A stretch of 64,000 bases of DNA, from the NCBI GenBank assembly GCA_973895155.1, contig OZ316891.1:23869899-23933898 (forward strand), given 5' to 3'. Shown in pieces: positions 1 to 11,700 of the stretch (position 1 is the stretch's first letter; each line of letters starts with the position of its first letter). Position numbers and translations under genes: made by a program. Under the pieces are notes generated by a model. The model did no database searches, was not told the origin of the DNA, and was given only the letters and a program-made list of their open reading frames with translations. The DNA comes from Marsupella aquatica. Taxonomy: Eukaryota; Plantae; Marchantiophyta.

Positions 1-2476
1 CGCCCTGGCTAAGGAAAAGGATTTACCAGGAGGAGATTGGCCGGAGGACATCAGGCGGCTAGCCGAAAAAGGAAGCAAACCTCTAGCCACGATTGAAGAG
101 ATCCACAGGACGGCTTGGGAGCAGAGGCCATGATGGGCGATGCCGATCACTTCTACTTACTCCACCTACGCTAAGAATAGAGCCATGGAGTATGGTGAGA
201 TGTGTGGGGAACTTGCGCTCGGCATCTTTGGAGAGGAGTTGGAGGTAGGACCCTTTTTCCATAGGGAGCAGTTGGAGAAGCACCAATTAGAAGAAGCGGT
301 GGCTTTAGAGAGAAGCAAGAAGGACGAGGTCATTCGGCGGCTTAGGAGGATGGAAGCCGAGATTGAAGATCTAAGGGCGGCCAAGAAAGCCCAAGATGAA
401 CTGCGGATTAAACGACATGAGCTGAACATCATGCAGGGGCAGTTGGACACCGCGCAGGCTGATAATCAGAATATCAAGGATAAACTAACTCAGACGCAGG
501 GAGAGTTGGCCGACACGATCAAAGAGAGGGAGAAGTGGAAGCAAGAGCTGAAGAATACAGAGGAGGCCCACATAACAGCCAACAGCCGGGCCATGGCGGA
601 GACCCAAAGAAAGGAATGGGCGTTGAAAGGGGAGCTCGAGAAAATCCGCGGAGCCCTTGAGCAGAAGGAGGTCGAGTTAGGGAAATCCTATCAAGGGATT
701 ATGGCGCTACAGCAGGAGCTTGCGTCCCTGACGGCCAGCTTCAAGGCCGACCTAAGGGAGAAGGACGAGATGCTCGAACAGACTTACGCCAAGATGAACC
801 AGATGGAGTCTGTCATCATTGCAGAGCTCGACAAGGAGCTAAGAGCAACCCAGGAGGAGAGGGCTACCTTGAAGAAGGAATTGGAGGAAGCCCACAGGGA
901 GCAGGAGGAGGCCAAAAACGAGCTGGAGGGGGCACGTAAGGACCTGGATGAAACCCAAGAGGAGTTGGAGGAAATCACGAGGAAGATGGAGAACCTACAG
1001 CGGCGGGCCGACAACCAAACAGAGCGGCTGAAGAAACAAGCCGCAGTATTTAAATGCTTAGCTGCAGCAGGTCCATCTCCCGTTGGGACAAACCAGTTAC
1101 CAGGGGTGGTAATTGCCGAAGGACAAGCCGCGCCAACTGCACCAGTGCCGGAAGTAAGTGGGAAGGGGAAGGGACCAGCTGCCGAGCCACCAACGAAGAA
1201 GAAGCGGAAACCTTCAGGGTCAAGGAGTAATACGACTTCACAGGCCGTGGTGATCAAGGAGGTAGACCCAGCACCGACCCCAGACAGGGTCACGGCTAAG
1301 GATCCAACTACCCTAGGGGAAGGGGAGGCCAAAGCCGAGGGAGTGGCTGAAGCCGAAGCCGTGGGAGTGGCTGAGGCCAAAGCCGTGGGTATTGCCGAGG
1401 CCGGTGTCGAGGCTGAAGCCGAAGGTGGACCCAGTCAGGCCGATGGAGAGTTGACTCAGTCAAGGGCAGGTAATCTGTCAGAGAATGAACCTACGGCAGT
1501 GGCTGAGGAGGAAGCGTTGGGGGCGTCCATTAAGGATCCACCACCGGTGTCATGACAGTGCAAGGGCGCCGTTCCTTTTAGGGAGGGCGGACGTGGAGGG
1601 AGGAGGCGTGAGTGGGCAGGGCGGGCGCGGATCTCCACGTTTAGGATTAGGATCAGAACCAGGAGCGGCCCTGACACTTAGCTTAGTGGGATTGCGGTCC
1701 CACTGGTAGGAGCAACACTTGTGCTCCTGCCTTGCTGTACATAGGTAGATTCGGGCAAGTAGATTACTGTTAAGTAGATTAGGCTTACGATGCAAAGAAT
1801 GGCGGATCCACTACCAGGATAAGTACCTGGGCAGCGGGGAGCTCAGGGCCTCTTCTTTAGCAAGTTTTTAGTTTGCACCAGCCGGGCTGGGATCAAGTAG
1901 TACGAGAAGCTCTCGGTTAGTCATACAGTGACTCTTGTGTATATTCATGTTTCCTCATGCCTAAGAGCTGAATAGAGTTGGCCTCACGGCTTAGTTCGCA
2001 GAACTTGTGTATGAGATGTACTGTTTGTATGGCAAGTGCATGGTATGACTCAGTCAGAATGAGTCATTTTGCTATTTGTGTGTCGCATTAACTTGTGTGA
2101 AGAGTGCCCACATCAACAGAAGGAAGGAAAGTAAGCAGGGGAGTGAGAGTTGGATGTGTCGAGCTGAGAGAGGTCTTAGCGGCTTAACCAAGCCTATTGG
2201 GGATCATTCCGGCGGCGGAATCCAAACATACCTAACAAGACGGAGGGGAAGACAGGGGAAGACAGGGGAAGGCCTATATTAGGCCGGCTACGTATCTCAT
2301 GACCCGATGAAGGATCTGTCCAGTATATGTGTGTAAAATGTTAATAGTAGTAGTAGAAGGTTAGCAGCGTCCCATGCCGCTAAGCCGTGGAAACGGCCTC
2401 GCCAAGCACGAAACCTGCGGGAATCGGCTTGAGCTGGGGGGTTTCTTGGGTTTAGGGAGCCATGGGACGCACCACA
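1..2476 (+). repeat. LTR1 of family A (5' part outside window)
   Basis: Near-identical to 10885-13360. Ends ...GGGACGCACCACA immediately before the PBS. Confidence 0.9.
140..1555 (+). pseudogene. C-terminal coiled-coil part of the LTR-encoded ORF, cut by premature TGA at 131-133
   Basis: Matches the C-terminal ~475 aa of the intact ORF 19700-23335, where the codon is CGA. Confidence 0.85.
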
Positions 2477-2480
2477 TTTT

Positions 2481-2498
2481 TGGCGCTAGATGGAGGGG
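2481..2498 (+). other. Primer binding site TGGCGCTAGATGGAGGGG
   Basis: TGG-starting motif 4 nt after the LTR end. Cognate tRNA not identified. Confidence 0.8.
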
Positions 2499-2545
2499 GC
2501 ATTTCTTAAGCCGTGAGATATGAAGTTAGAACGGAAGCGTAGGTA

Positions 2546-5539
2546 ATGACTGACCTTACGCCGAGGGAAGAAAGAGTGATTCAACGGGAGAGAGCTCGAC
2601 TGCAGCAGCTCGTCGGGTGGCATGATACACAGCGACTGAGAGGGGCAGAAAGAGCTGGTAGCTCCGAAACTGGAAGTGGCGTCGAAGAAGACATACCAGA
2701 AGAAGAGTCGGTAAGGAGAAGTGAGTCTACAACCGACATGGGGGAACCAGAGGCACGGCCAGACGAGAGGTCAGGGACCAGATTGAGCCAGCGGTTGCGC
2801 ATACATTACAAGGCATTTCATGGGAGAGGAGATGAGGATCCGGACGAATGGTTGGATGATTTCGAGGGAACCGCTGCAGCAAATGGAGAATCGGCCATCA
2901 AGATGCAGATTCTTCCCGGCCTGTTCAAGGGTGAGGCTAGGCCTTGGTATAGAGCATTAGATGTGGAAGATCAAGCCATCTGGGATATCTTCAAAACACT
3001 CTTTGTTAAGGAGTTTCGACCCATTGGAACTTCAGAACTAGCAGTGCTGAAGTTGGGACAACTTCGGTTCAAGGAGAACAAATCCTTCAGGAAGTTCTTG
3101 CAACGCTTTCAGAAACTGGTAAGACGTACAAAGACCAATGCATCTGAAGGTATGCAACTTCAATGGTTGGTGAATGCTTTGCCACAGAAGATGAGTTTTG
3201 CAATTAGGAAGGAGAACCCGGAGACTTTAGCCGAAGCAATTAAGGATATTCAATTATACATTAATGCAGATATCACAAGCCGGAAGAAACAGCTTAAGTC
3301 TGAGAGTTCCTCATCAGAGGAGGGATCACCCCATAAGAAAAAAGATAAGAAGAAGAAACATCCCAAGAAGTCTAGAAGTGATAAGTCAAGCTCGGATAGT
3401 GGGAGTAGCAAGAGTGAGTCATCTTCTAGTTCTGAAGAAGAAAAAACTAGGAAAAGGAAGGGCAGAAGGAGAGGGAAGACGAAAGTCAAGATGGAGGCTA
3501 AGCCACCAGATAACATCGTAGCCCTTACCGAGCAACTTAAGGCTATCATTGCAGAGGTAAAACCAAAGAAGAAGGTAGTACAGGAGGATAGCTCTGTATG
3601 GTGTGCCTTATGTTATAAAACCGGACACCATAAAGATGCTTGTCCTAAGCTTAATACTAATCATGTTCGGCATGTGGCCGAGATCAGACCATGTCAGGGA
3701 GAAGTAGAGTACTTTTTGGGAGATGCCGCTGATAGTGTTTTCGGCATCAGTGAGACTGGAGCACGAGACCTATCCAACAGACCTGCATCTCTGTGGTCAG
3801 GGTTAAGGAACAATCCAGGAGAGATGTATCCTCGGATTATTCAGAACCCGTCAGTACCTCCTAGGCCGAATGTGCAAAGATTTGCGGCGTGCTATAATTG
3901 TGGTCAACCTGGCCATTTTGCTAGAGAATGCCCGAATGCACGCAAACAGGGTGATGGACAACCAGCTCAGCTATGTATGGGATGCCGACAGGAAGGTCAT
4001 ATGCTAGGGCAATGTCCTACTTGGTTGGCAGGCCTGGCCGCAAATCATAAGCTTTTGCCGATCAAGATCTTACCGCCAGGTACTACCCCCGGAGGAGTTC
4101 AAATCAACCACATCAAACTAGGATGGCAAGAGGATGCCGAGGCAGAGTTCGTACCATCTGATGATGAGGCCGAAGCCCTATCAACCTTCTCAGAGGAGGA
4201 TTTAGATCATGATTGCTACCGGGTCTCTACTCGATCTACCAGAAGGAAGGAAAGGTGGGATGGGCTGGCCAAAAATAAAGGGAAGGTTACGGAGGAAAGG
4301 ATCGACTCTTCGTCAACATCAACAGAAGGAGAAGGGAGGGCTCCGGCAATACAGGTAAGCCATGAGCCCACCAGTGAAACCAATCCTTCACAAGATAGCG
4401 ACTTCAATCGAGATCATCCTAAGTTGTTCTACCCCTCTGTTACGGCTAGTGTTAAGGAACAACTAAGAGAATTAGAAACCCTGGAGAATACCGAAGCCAT
4501 TGCCAAGGATGTAAAACGAGCAAAAGCATTGTTTGCTTCGGAAGACCCAACAGCTGTGGAGACTAGCGTGGCAAAACTGGCCGAATCCAAGACGGAAACA
4601 CCACCAGAAGAGAAGCCGATTGTTCCCTATGACCTGGCTAAAGATGTACTAGAATCTAGAGTCTCGGCAACAGTAGGTCAACTATTGAAAAATAGCCCGT
4701 ACTTCCGGAAGCAATTAAGGAAGGCTATTCTTGGCAAGCCGAGATTACCCAAGGTAGCAACCAGATCTGACGTACTAATGATAGAAGAAGATCAAGGAGC
4801 CCCAGCATTACCATTAATGATTCAAGGAGAATTATTACTACGGGTACCCATCGATGGAGGATCAGGGGTATGTATTATGATTGATTCAACAGCAAAAGGG
4901 TGGGGTCTAACACCGGAGATGACTGGAAGAGTGTTGAACATGGCCAATGGATATCAGGTCATTCCGACGGGAGTGTTAACCGGCATCAAGACAGAGATAG
5001 GAGGTATCTTCTTTAGCATTAACTATGTAGTAATGAAGCCGGTAAATCCTACGTCATTCCGGCTATTGATTGGTAGGCCATGGCTGTACCTAGCCGAGGT
5101 AATAGAAGATTGGGGTAAAAAGCAGTTCACTTTCGGGACCCCCTCTATCACAGTATCCTGGGACACTAAGGATGACCGTAGGAAAAGCATAAGGGAAGTA
5201 GATGGGTACGACAGTGGACTGGAGTCAGCCGATGAAGTACGTTGGTTAGAATGCCTCACTAACCTAACCGAAGAAGGTGTCTTTGGACCAGAGGTACCCC
5301 CCAGCGGATTATGGCAAGAACCAATGGAAGGTGACTTGGAAGAAGAAGACGAAGAGGTCGAGGACTGCTTTACAATAGAATCCACCTTTTTAGCTGCAAT
5401 TCCGGAGGAAGTAAAGGATGTAGACCAATTGGATGAAACGGCTAAGTGGGGAGCAATAGCAGGGACAGTGGATTTTTTGCAGGCGTTGTGGCAGAGCCGA
5501 CGGGGTCCACAACGCCATCGATCATCGGCAAGGAATTAA
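2546..5539 (+). CDS. gag: Gag-protease polyprotein (997 aa)
   Basis: Retrotransposon gag core (DPDEWL...GEARPWY). Three CCHC knuckles (CALCYKTGHHKDAC, CYNCGQPGHFAREC, CMGCRQEGHMLGQC). Aspartic protease motifs IDGGSG and LLIGRPWL. Confidence 0.92.
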   Translation: MTDLTPREERVIQRERARLQQLVGWHDTQRLRGAERAGSSETGSGVEEDIPEEESVRRSESTTDMGEPEARPDERSGTRLSQRLRIHYKAFHGRGDEDPDEWLDDFEGTAAANGESAIKMQILPGLFKGEARPWYRALDVEDQAIWDIFKTLFVKEFRPIGTSELAVLKLGQLRFKENKSFRKFLQRFQKLVRRTKTNASEGMQLQWLVNALPQKMSFAIRKENPETLAEAIKDIQLYINADITSRKKQLKSESSSSEEGSPHKKKDKKKKHPKKSRSDKSSSDSGSSKSESSSSSEEEKTRKRKGRRRGKTKVKMEAKPPDNIVALTEQLKAIIAEVKPKKKVVQEDSSVWCALCYKTGHHKDACPKLNTNHVRHVAEIRPCQGEVEYFLGDAADSVFGISETGARDLSNRPASLWSGLRNNPGEMYPRIIQNPSVPPRPNVQRFAACYNCGQPGHFARECPNARKQGDGQPAQLCMGCRQEGHMLGQCPTWLAGLAANHKLLPIKILPPGTTPGGVQINHIKLGWQEDAEAEFVPSDDEAEALSTFSEEDLDHDCYRVSTRSTRRKERWDGLAKNKGKVTEERIDSSSTSTEGEGRAPAIQVSHEPTSETNPSQDSDFNRDHPKLFYPSVTASVKEQLRELETLENTEAIAKDVKRAKALFASEDPTAVETSVAKLAESKTETPPEEKPIVPYDLAKDVLESRVSATVGQLLKNSPYFRKQLRKAILGKPRLPKVATRSDVLMIEEDQGAPALPLMIQGELLLRVPIDGGSGVCIMIDSTAKGWGLTPEMTGRVLNMANGYQVIPTGVLTGIKTEIGGIFFSINYVVMKPVNPTSFRLLIGRPWLYLAEVIEDWGKKQFTFGTPSITVSWDTKDDRRKSIREVDGYDSGLESADEVRWLECLTNLTEEGVFGPEVPPSGLWQEPMEGDLEEEDEEVEDCFTIESTFLAAIPEEVKDVDQLDETAKWGAIAGTVDFLQALWQSRRGPQRHRSSARN
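5470..5529 (+). promoter_or_regulatory. Putative -1 programmed ribosomal frameshift signal (G GAT TTT plus stem-loop/pseudoknot)
   Basis: Slippery heptamer 5470-5476 in the gag frame, 5-nt spacer, perfect 10-bp stem GGCGTTGTGG (5482-5491) / CCACAACGCC (5507-5516). Loop GCCGA can pair with TCGGC (5525-5529). pol is in the -1 frame. Confidence 0.8.
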
Positions 5540-8500
5540 ATACCAAGGGATCGGCATACAAGCCGATTACGAGGGCAGAACAAATTGAGGCCCTATTAGA
5601 AGCCGAGAGAGCACAGCGGCCTAACTCTCAGGAGCAAGAAGTGGATGAGATGGACAGACACGATCCAGAGCCAAGGCAGGAAGGGGAGCCGACCACTAAT
5701 TCAAAACCGAATAGACCGGTAAGGGGACAATCTATGGACACCAAGGAAGGGACCAACTCGGCTAGTCCAGCCGAGATCCCAGTTTATGGAGGTATGAGAT
5801 TAGAGAGACTGGAAGCCGAACTGGACCCGAATTTGAAGAAGCAGATTAATATGATCCAAGCACGGCAATATCGGAAGCTCGACTTAGGAGAGGGAAGAGA
5901 ACTGAACTTAGGGAGAAACCTAGCACCTGAGCTCGAGAAAGAGATCAGTGACTTATTGATTGAATTTCAGGATGTGTTTGCATGGAGTCACCAAGATCTA
6001 AAGGGAGTAGATCCAACACTAGGGGAACATCGAATTGATCTCATGTTAGGAGCCAAATCATTTCGACAACCAATTCGAAGGATGAACCCGAAGTATTCCC
6101 TGCTGGTCAAAACAGAAATCGACAAACTAGTGGAAGCTGGATTCATCACTCCAGTCCTGCATTCAGACTGGGTGTCTCCAATTGTGATAGTTCCCAAGAA
6201 AGCTAGACCCGATGGTAAACCCAAGATCCGGGTTTGTCAGGATTACAGGAAGCTGAATGAAGCAACATTAAAAGACCATTTTCCTTTACCGTTTACTGAT
6301 ATGGTACTAGACATGGTAGCCAGTCATGAACTATATTCATTCATGGATGGATACTCTGGTTATAACCAAATCAGGATTCGGCAGGAAGACCAAATCAAGA
6401 CGGCCTTCATCACGGAATGGGGGATCTATGTCTTCAATCGTATGCCGTTTGGACTCTGCAACGCACCAGCTATGTTCCAACGATTAATGGTGAACATTTT
6501 TCATGATTACTTGAGAAAGTTCATGGAAATCTTCATTGATGACTTTGCAGTATTCGGGAAGGCATCGAAACATGCTAAATACCTCAGGAAAACCTTCATG
6601 AGATGTAGAGAGGTGGGTCTCAAGTTACACCCAGATAAATGTTTTTTTGCAGTAACCGAGGGGGTGCTACTAGGTCACAAGGTATCAAGGAAGGGCATTG
6701 AGATTGACAAAGGTAAGCTAGCAATATGGCTAGATATCATGCAACCTAAGAACATAAAGGATGTAAGATCCTTCTTGGGATGCATTGGTTACTATCGCCG
6801 GTTCATCAAGGATTTTGCCAAGCTGGCTTTACCATTAACCAATATGCTCAAGGCAGGAGCAGACTTCGAACCCACACCCGAACGAGTCACAGCGGTGGTA
6901 GAATTGAAGCAGATGTTAGTAGAGGCCCCAGTCATGATAGCACCGGACTGGAACAAAGATTTTCATGTTTTTGTAGATGTCTCGGGCTTCTGTATTGGCT
7001 CAGTACTAAGTCAGTTGGATGAGAAAGGAAGGGACCATCCCATATACTTTGCAAGCCGTCAGCTTGCCGATGCCGAACGGAACTACTCTACCACGGAAAG
7101 AGAAGCATTAGGAGTCATTTATTCTTGTAAAAAGTTTAGGCATTATTTACTAGGGTACAAGGTAATCTTTCATACTGATCATGAAAGTTTGAAGTACCTA
7201 GTCAATAAGCCGGACCTTATAGGCAGAGTAGCAAGATGGATTTTGCTATTACAGGAGTTTGACTATGAGCTGAGGATCAAGCCGGGAAAGTTACATGCCA
7301 ATGCCGACTTCTTTTCAAGGATCACAGGTAAACCTGCCACGGATTGCATCGATGATCGATTCCCCGACGAGGAGCTATTTGTTGTGGAAATAGCTGGTAC
7401 ATGGTACCCTGAGATTTTACAATTTCTCAGCACTTCCAGATTACAGCCAGGATTAAGCCGAGAGCAAGCCGCAGTCTTTGTGCGGAAGGTCAGACAGTAT
7501 CAGTGCATTAAAGGCATACTGCACAAGCATGGAATCAACGGCACGATTCAAAGATGTTTGGAAAAGAGAGAGGTAAAATGAGTCCTACGGGCCATGCATG
7601 GAGAGGAGGCCGGAGGACATTTTGCCCCAGTAACCACGTCTAAGAAGATATTAAATGCCGGTTACTGGTGGCCCACCTTGCACAAAGATGTCTATCAGTT
7701 TATCAAACAATGCGATCCTTGTCAACGAGCGGGAGGACCAAGGGCGTCCACCAGGCATCCATTGCACCCTATTCTACCTCTGGCACCATTCGAGAAGTGG
7801 GGTATTGATTACATTGGACCTCTGAAACCACTGACCCACCCTCGACGGAACAAGTACATAATCCTGGCTACGGATTATGCAACTAAATGGGTAGAGGCCA
7901 GACCAACAACGAAGGATGATGCAATTACTACGGCTAGATTCATGTATGAGCAGATCTTCACCAGGTATGGAGCACCCCTAGAATTAGTTAGTGATAGAGG
8001 AACCCATTTTTTGAATGATATAATTAGTCGTTTAAATGAGCAGTATTTAGTTAAACATAGGCCTACTACTCCCTACCATCCAAAGGCAAACGGGTTGACA
8101 GAACGAGCAAACGGAATCATAGGAAAGATATTGAACAAGACAGTAGCTCAGAACAAACTCGATTGGGATGATAAATTGTTTGCTGCTGTTTTTGCTTACA
8201 ATCTTGCCTATAAATCCACTACCGGTCATACACCCTTCTTCTTAACCTTTGGACAAGAAGCCCTGGTACCCATGCAACTTGAGATACCGACATTTCAAGT
8301 TACAATTGAGGAAAGAGCCTCAGCGGAGGAGAGCCTAAAGGAGCGAGAATATAGGTTAGAAGCTTTAGAGGAAGCGAGAATGATTTCAGCCGAGAGAGTA
8401 GAATATAGACAGAATATCATGAAGCAGCAGTATGATAAAAGGTTAAAAGTAGTTAGTATTCATACCGGTGATCTTGTGCTACTTTATGACAGTAGGTATA

Positions 8501-8687
8501 GTAGGTTTCCAGGAAAGCTTTACACTCGCTGGTTAGGACCCTTTAGAGTAACCATGATGTTCCCCAATGGCTCCGTACAATTGGCCAACATTACGGGAGA
8601 GGTATATCCAGTTCGCATCTATTATGACCGCCTCAAGAAATACTATATGGACGAAGATGAAGTTGTTCGCGAGGACGCTTCACAATT

Positions 8688-8697
8688 AAGTGGGGAG
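8688..8697 (+). other. Polypurine tract AAGTGGGGAG
   Basis: Lies 3 nt before TGTGATGCC. The same context is conserved in family B at 25295-25304. Confidence 0.8.
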
Positions 8698-8700
8698 CTA

Positions 8701-11700
8701 TGTGATGCCTAGACAGGAATCACTCGGCCGGTTAAGTGGGTAAAGCAGGAAGGCACCCTAGGAACACCTTAGTATAGGGACAAAACAAGGAAAATATAAA
8801 CAATTAGGGGCAACCATGGAACCCGGGCAGAGGCCGGAGGTAAGGCTGAGGGTGAAAACCCAATTAGGGTTAGGGCGCGTTAAGCGTCGGCGGCTAGGAA
8901 GGATCAACGGGAAGAAGGACCGGCAGAGGAGAGGGGTAAGGAGCGCTTGCAGGAGATGGTGGCTCATTTGCGAGCACGAACTAGGCAGACGACTACGGGA
9001 GGCCAACTACTGTCAGCTGCTTAGGCAAGCACTCGGGGAGAGAGTAGATACCGACGATCGACCTAAGGAGGGTATGAGCAACGTCAATCAAGCGGCACAT
9101 TTCTGGGGATGCCTGTTCGAACGGGCAACTGAGTACATCAAGACTTACGAGGACGAGGAGTCAGAAAGGGCAGCTCGAGAACGGCAGGAGCTCGCTCGAT
9201 TGTGGGAGCTGCAGAAGACGGCTTTCTTAGGAGGCAAACTCATCAAGGACGAGTTCCTGTGGACGCCTACTTCCAATCAACTCGACGATCTTCTGTTTTG
9301 CAAAGACAGCGTCGTCGGCATCCGAGAGGCCATCAAGAACTGCAATGACATACACTGGGAATTAAAGGGTAGCACGGAAAGGTGGACCCAGGCAACGGTG
9401 CTAGGAGAAACCTCCACGGCAGTAGAGATGAAGAGGAAGGGGGCCGTCAACGATGAAGCCACCCCGGCAAAAAGAACGAGGTCGGCGGCACCAAAGAGGC
9501 CAGCCGAGCAGCAGAGCAGGAGGCAGGGAGAAGCCGAAGAGGAGGAGGTCGATCCCATCAAGGCCATTCCAACCAGGGATGACACCTGGAAGGGCTGGGC
9601 GGCAACCCTACCGGTGGAGGTGCAACTACATTTTGCACGGGAGGAGGATGCATGCTTTACGGCCATGCAGACCAAGAAGTACCAAGGCTTCATGGCCGGA
9701 TCCGGCTTGGAGGCCTTTGTAAGATTACCATGGCTGAAGCCGGAGGTACCGGAGTCAGACCTATTAGAATTCGTGGGGTCATGGGAACCCGAGACCAATT
9801 GCACGAGGATATATGGGAAGGATTTCTATCTTACTCCCAAGGTAATTGCCGAAGTGTTTGGCTTGCCGATAGGCAATAAGACCAAAGTTGATACCAGGAA
9901 GACCCTGCCTGACAAGGAGTTCCGGTCGTTCCCCGGGCCATCAACGAAGAATGGCTTCTTCCGGAACACCTGCACCAACCCGCACATAGGAGAGATGATC
10001 GACTTCTTGCGGGTGACCATGCATTGTAACTTGCCGAGGGCAGAGATCGGCAAGGCACAGGTCTATCTGGCATAAAGGCCAGACCCAAGCCGGGACTACA
10101 ACGGGTACCTCCTCAACCAATTGAAGAAGATCTTAAAGGAGGAGCAGCAGGTAATCGGCATGGGGAGCGTGTCGCGGCTTGGCTATCACATGCCGCTGTT
10201 ATGCCGGTATGCCAAAGGTCAGACTTTTGCCCCGGTACTTCCCCTGCAGGTAAGGGCACCCGAGGAAGCTCCAACGCCGAGGCCGTTGGCTGAAAAGCCT
10301 CAACCACCTGTTAGTCCTACGATCGAGCAGGTGTTTAGGCCCAGGAAGGAAGACTTGCCGATGCAGCAACCAGGCATGCAGAGTCTGCTGAAACTACTGG
10401 AGAAAGAAAAGAAATCGGCATCGGCAACAACAACGGCAACGGCAACAATGCAGGACACTACTACAGAGGTAGGCCTACACCGGCTCACAAGAGAAAACCC
10501 CTTTGCTGGAGACAAGGAGAGAATCAGGCCGGAATCCAAGCCAGGTGTTCGAATGTACGTGGGAACCTCAAGCTCTGAATCTGAGGCAGAATTGCCTGAA
10601 GCTCCTACCGACGAAGAGGAGAGGGAGAAGCCGGACGTCCAAGAGGTAGAGGAGGCAGTGGAGGACTGCAGCCATGATAATTCCGGCTATGGGTCGGACC
10701 ATCACGTTCCAGGAGTAAGGACCTGTGGCCGGTTTGTCCCCACACTTCCAAGGGTAGTGCGAGGGGACCCCAACCAGCAGAGTAGCCCTGAGTCTCCCCC
10801 ACCAGATGTTGCTCCCCCGAGCTTTGACGGCATAAAACAGACGGTGCAGGAATTTCCGGAGCGAATCAAGCAGGAGGAAGAGGCCGCCCTGGCTAAGGAA
10901 AAGGATTTACCAGGAGGAGATTGGCCGGAGGACATCAGGCGGCTAGCCGAAAAAGGAAGCAAACCTCTAGCCACGATTGAAGAGATCCACAGGACGGCTT
11001 GGGAGCAGAGGCCATGATGGGCGATGCCGATCACTTCTACTTACTCCACCTACGCTAAGAATAGAGCCATGGAGTATGGTGAGATGTGTGGGGAACTTGC
11101 GCTCGGCATCTTTGGAGAGGAGTTGGAGGTAGGACCCTTTTTCCATAGGGAGCAGTTGGAGAAGCACCAATTAGAAGAAGCGGTGGCTTTAGAGAGAAGC
11201 AAGAAGGACGAGGTCATTCGGCGGCTTAGGAGGATGGAAGCCGAGATTGAAGATCTAAGGGCGGCCAAGAAAGCCCAAGATGAACTGCGGATTAAACCAC
11301 ATGAGCTGAACATCATGCAGGGGCAGTTGGACACCGCGCAGGCTGATAATCAGAATATCAAGGATAAACTAACTCAGACGCAGGGAGAGTTGGCCGACAC
11401 GATCAAAGAGAGGGAGAAGTGGAAGCAAGAGCTGAAGAATACAGAGGAGGCCCACATAACAGCCAACAGCCGGGCCATGGCGGAGACCCAAAGAAAGGAA
11501 TGGGCGTTGAAAGGGGAGCTCGAGAAAATCCGCGGAGCCCTTGAGCAGAAGGAGGTCGAGTTAGGGAAATCCTATCAAGGGATTATGGCGCTACAGCAGG
11601 AGCTTGCGTCCCTGACGGCCAGCTTCAAGGCCGACCTAAGGGAGAAGGACGAGATGCTCGAACAGACTTACGCCAAGATGAACCAGATGGAGTCTGTCAT

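Larger units (their letters stand above)
5446..8712 (+). pseudogene. pol: Pol (RT-RNase H-integrase) with one in-frame TGA at 7579-7581
   Basis: RT motifs CQDYRKLN, DGYSGY, MPFGLCNAP, FIDD. RNase H motifs DVSG, TEREAL, TDH. Integrase HHCC, WGIDYIGP, SDRG, ERAN, WLGPF. ORFs 5446-7581 and 7594-8712 are in the same frame. Confidence 0.92.

Noticed and set aside
166-1380. Antisense Ser-rich ORFs opposite the coiled-coil and gag regions
   Set aside because: Shadow ORFs of purine-rich coding strands, with no motifs.
1556-2476. Short (~0.9 kb) LTR with the extra ORF in the internal region
   Set aside because: Contradicted by the PPT-TG junction at 8701, the A-like copy starting at 45427 and the TSD-flanked 3953-bp solo LTR of family B.
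7579-7581. Programmed stop-codon readthrough between RNase H and integrase
   Set aside because: No known readthrough context. A CGA-to-TGA change is simpler, and both copies share it only through recent duplication.
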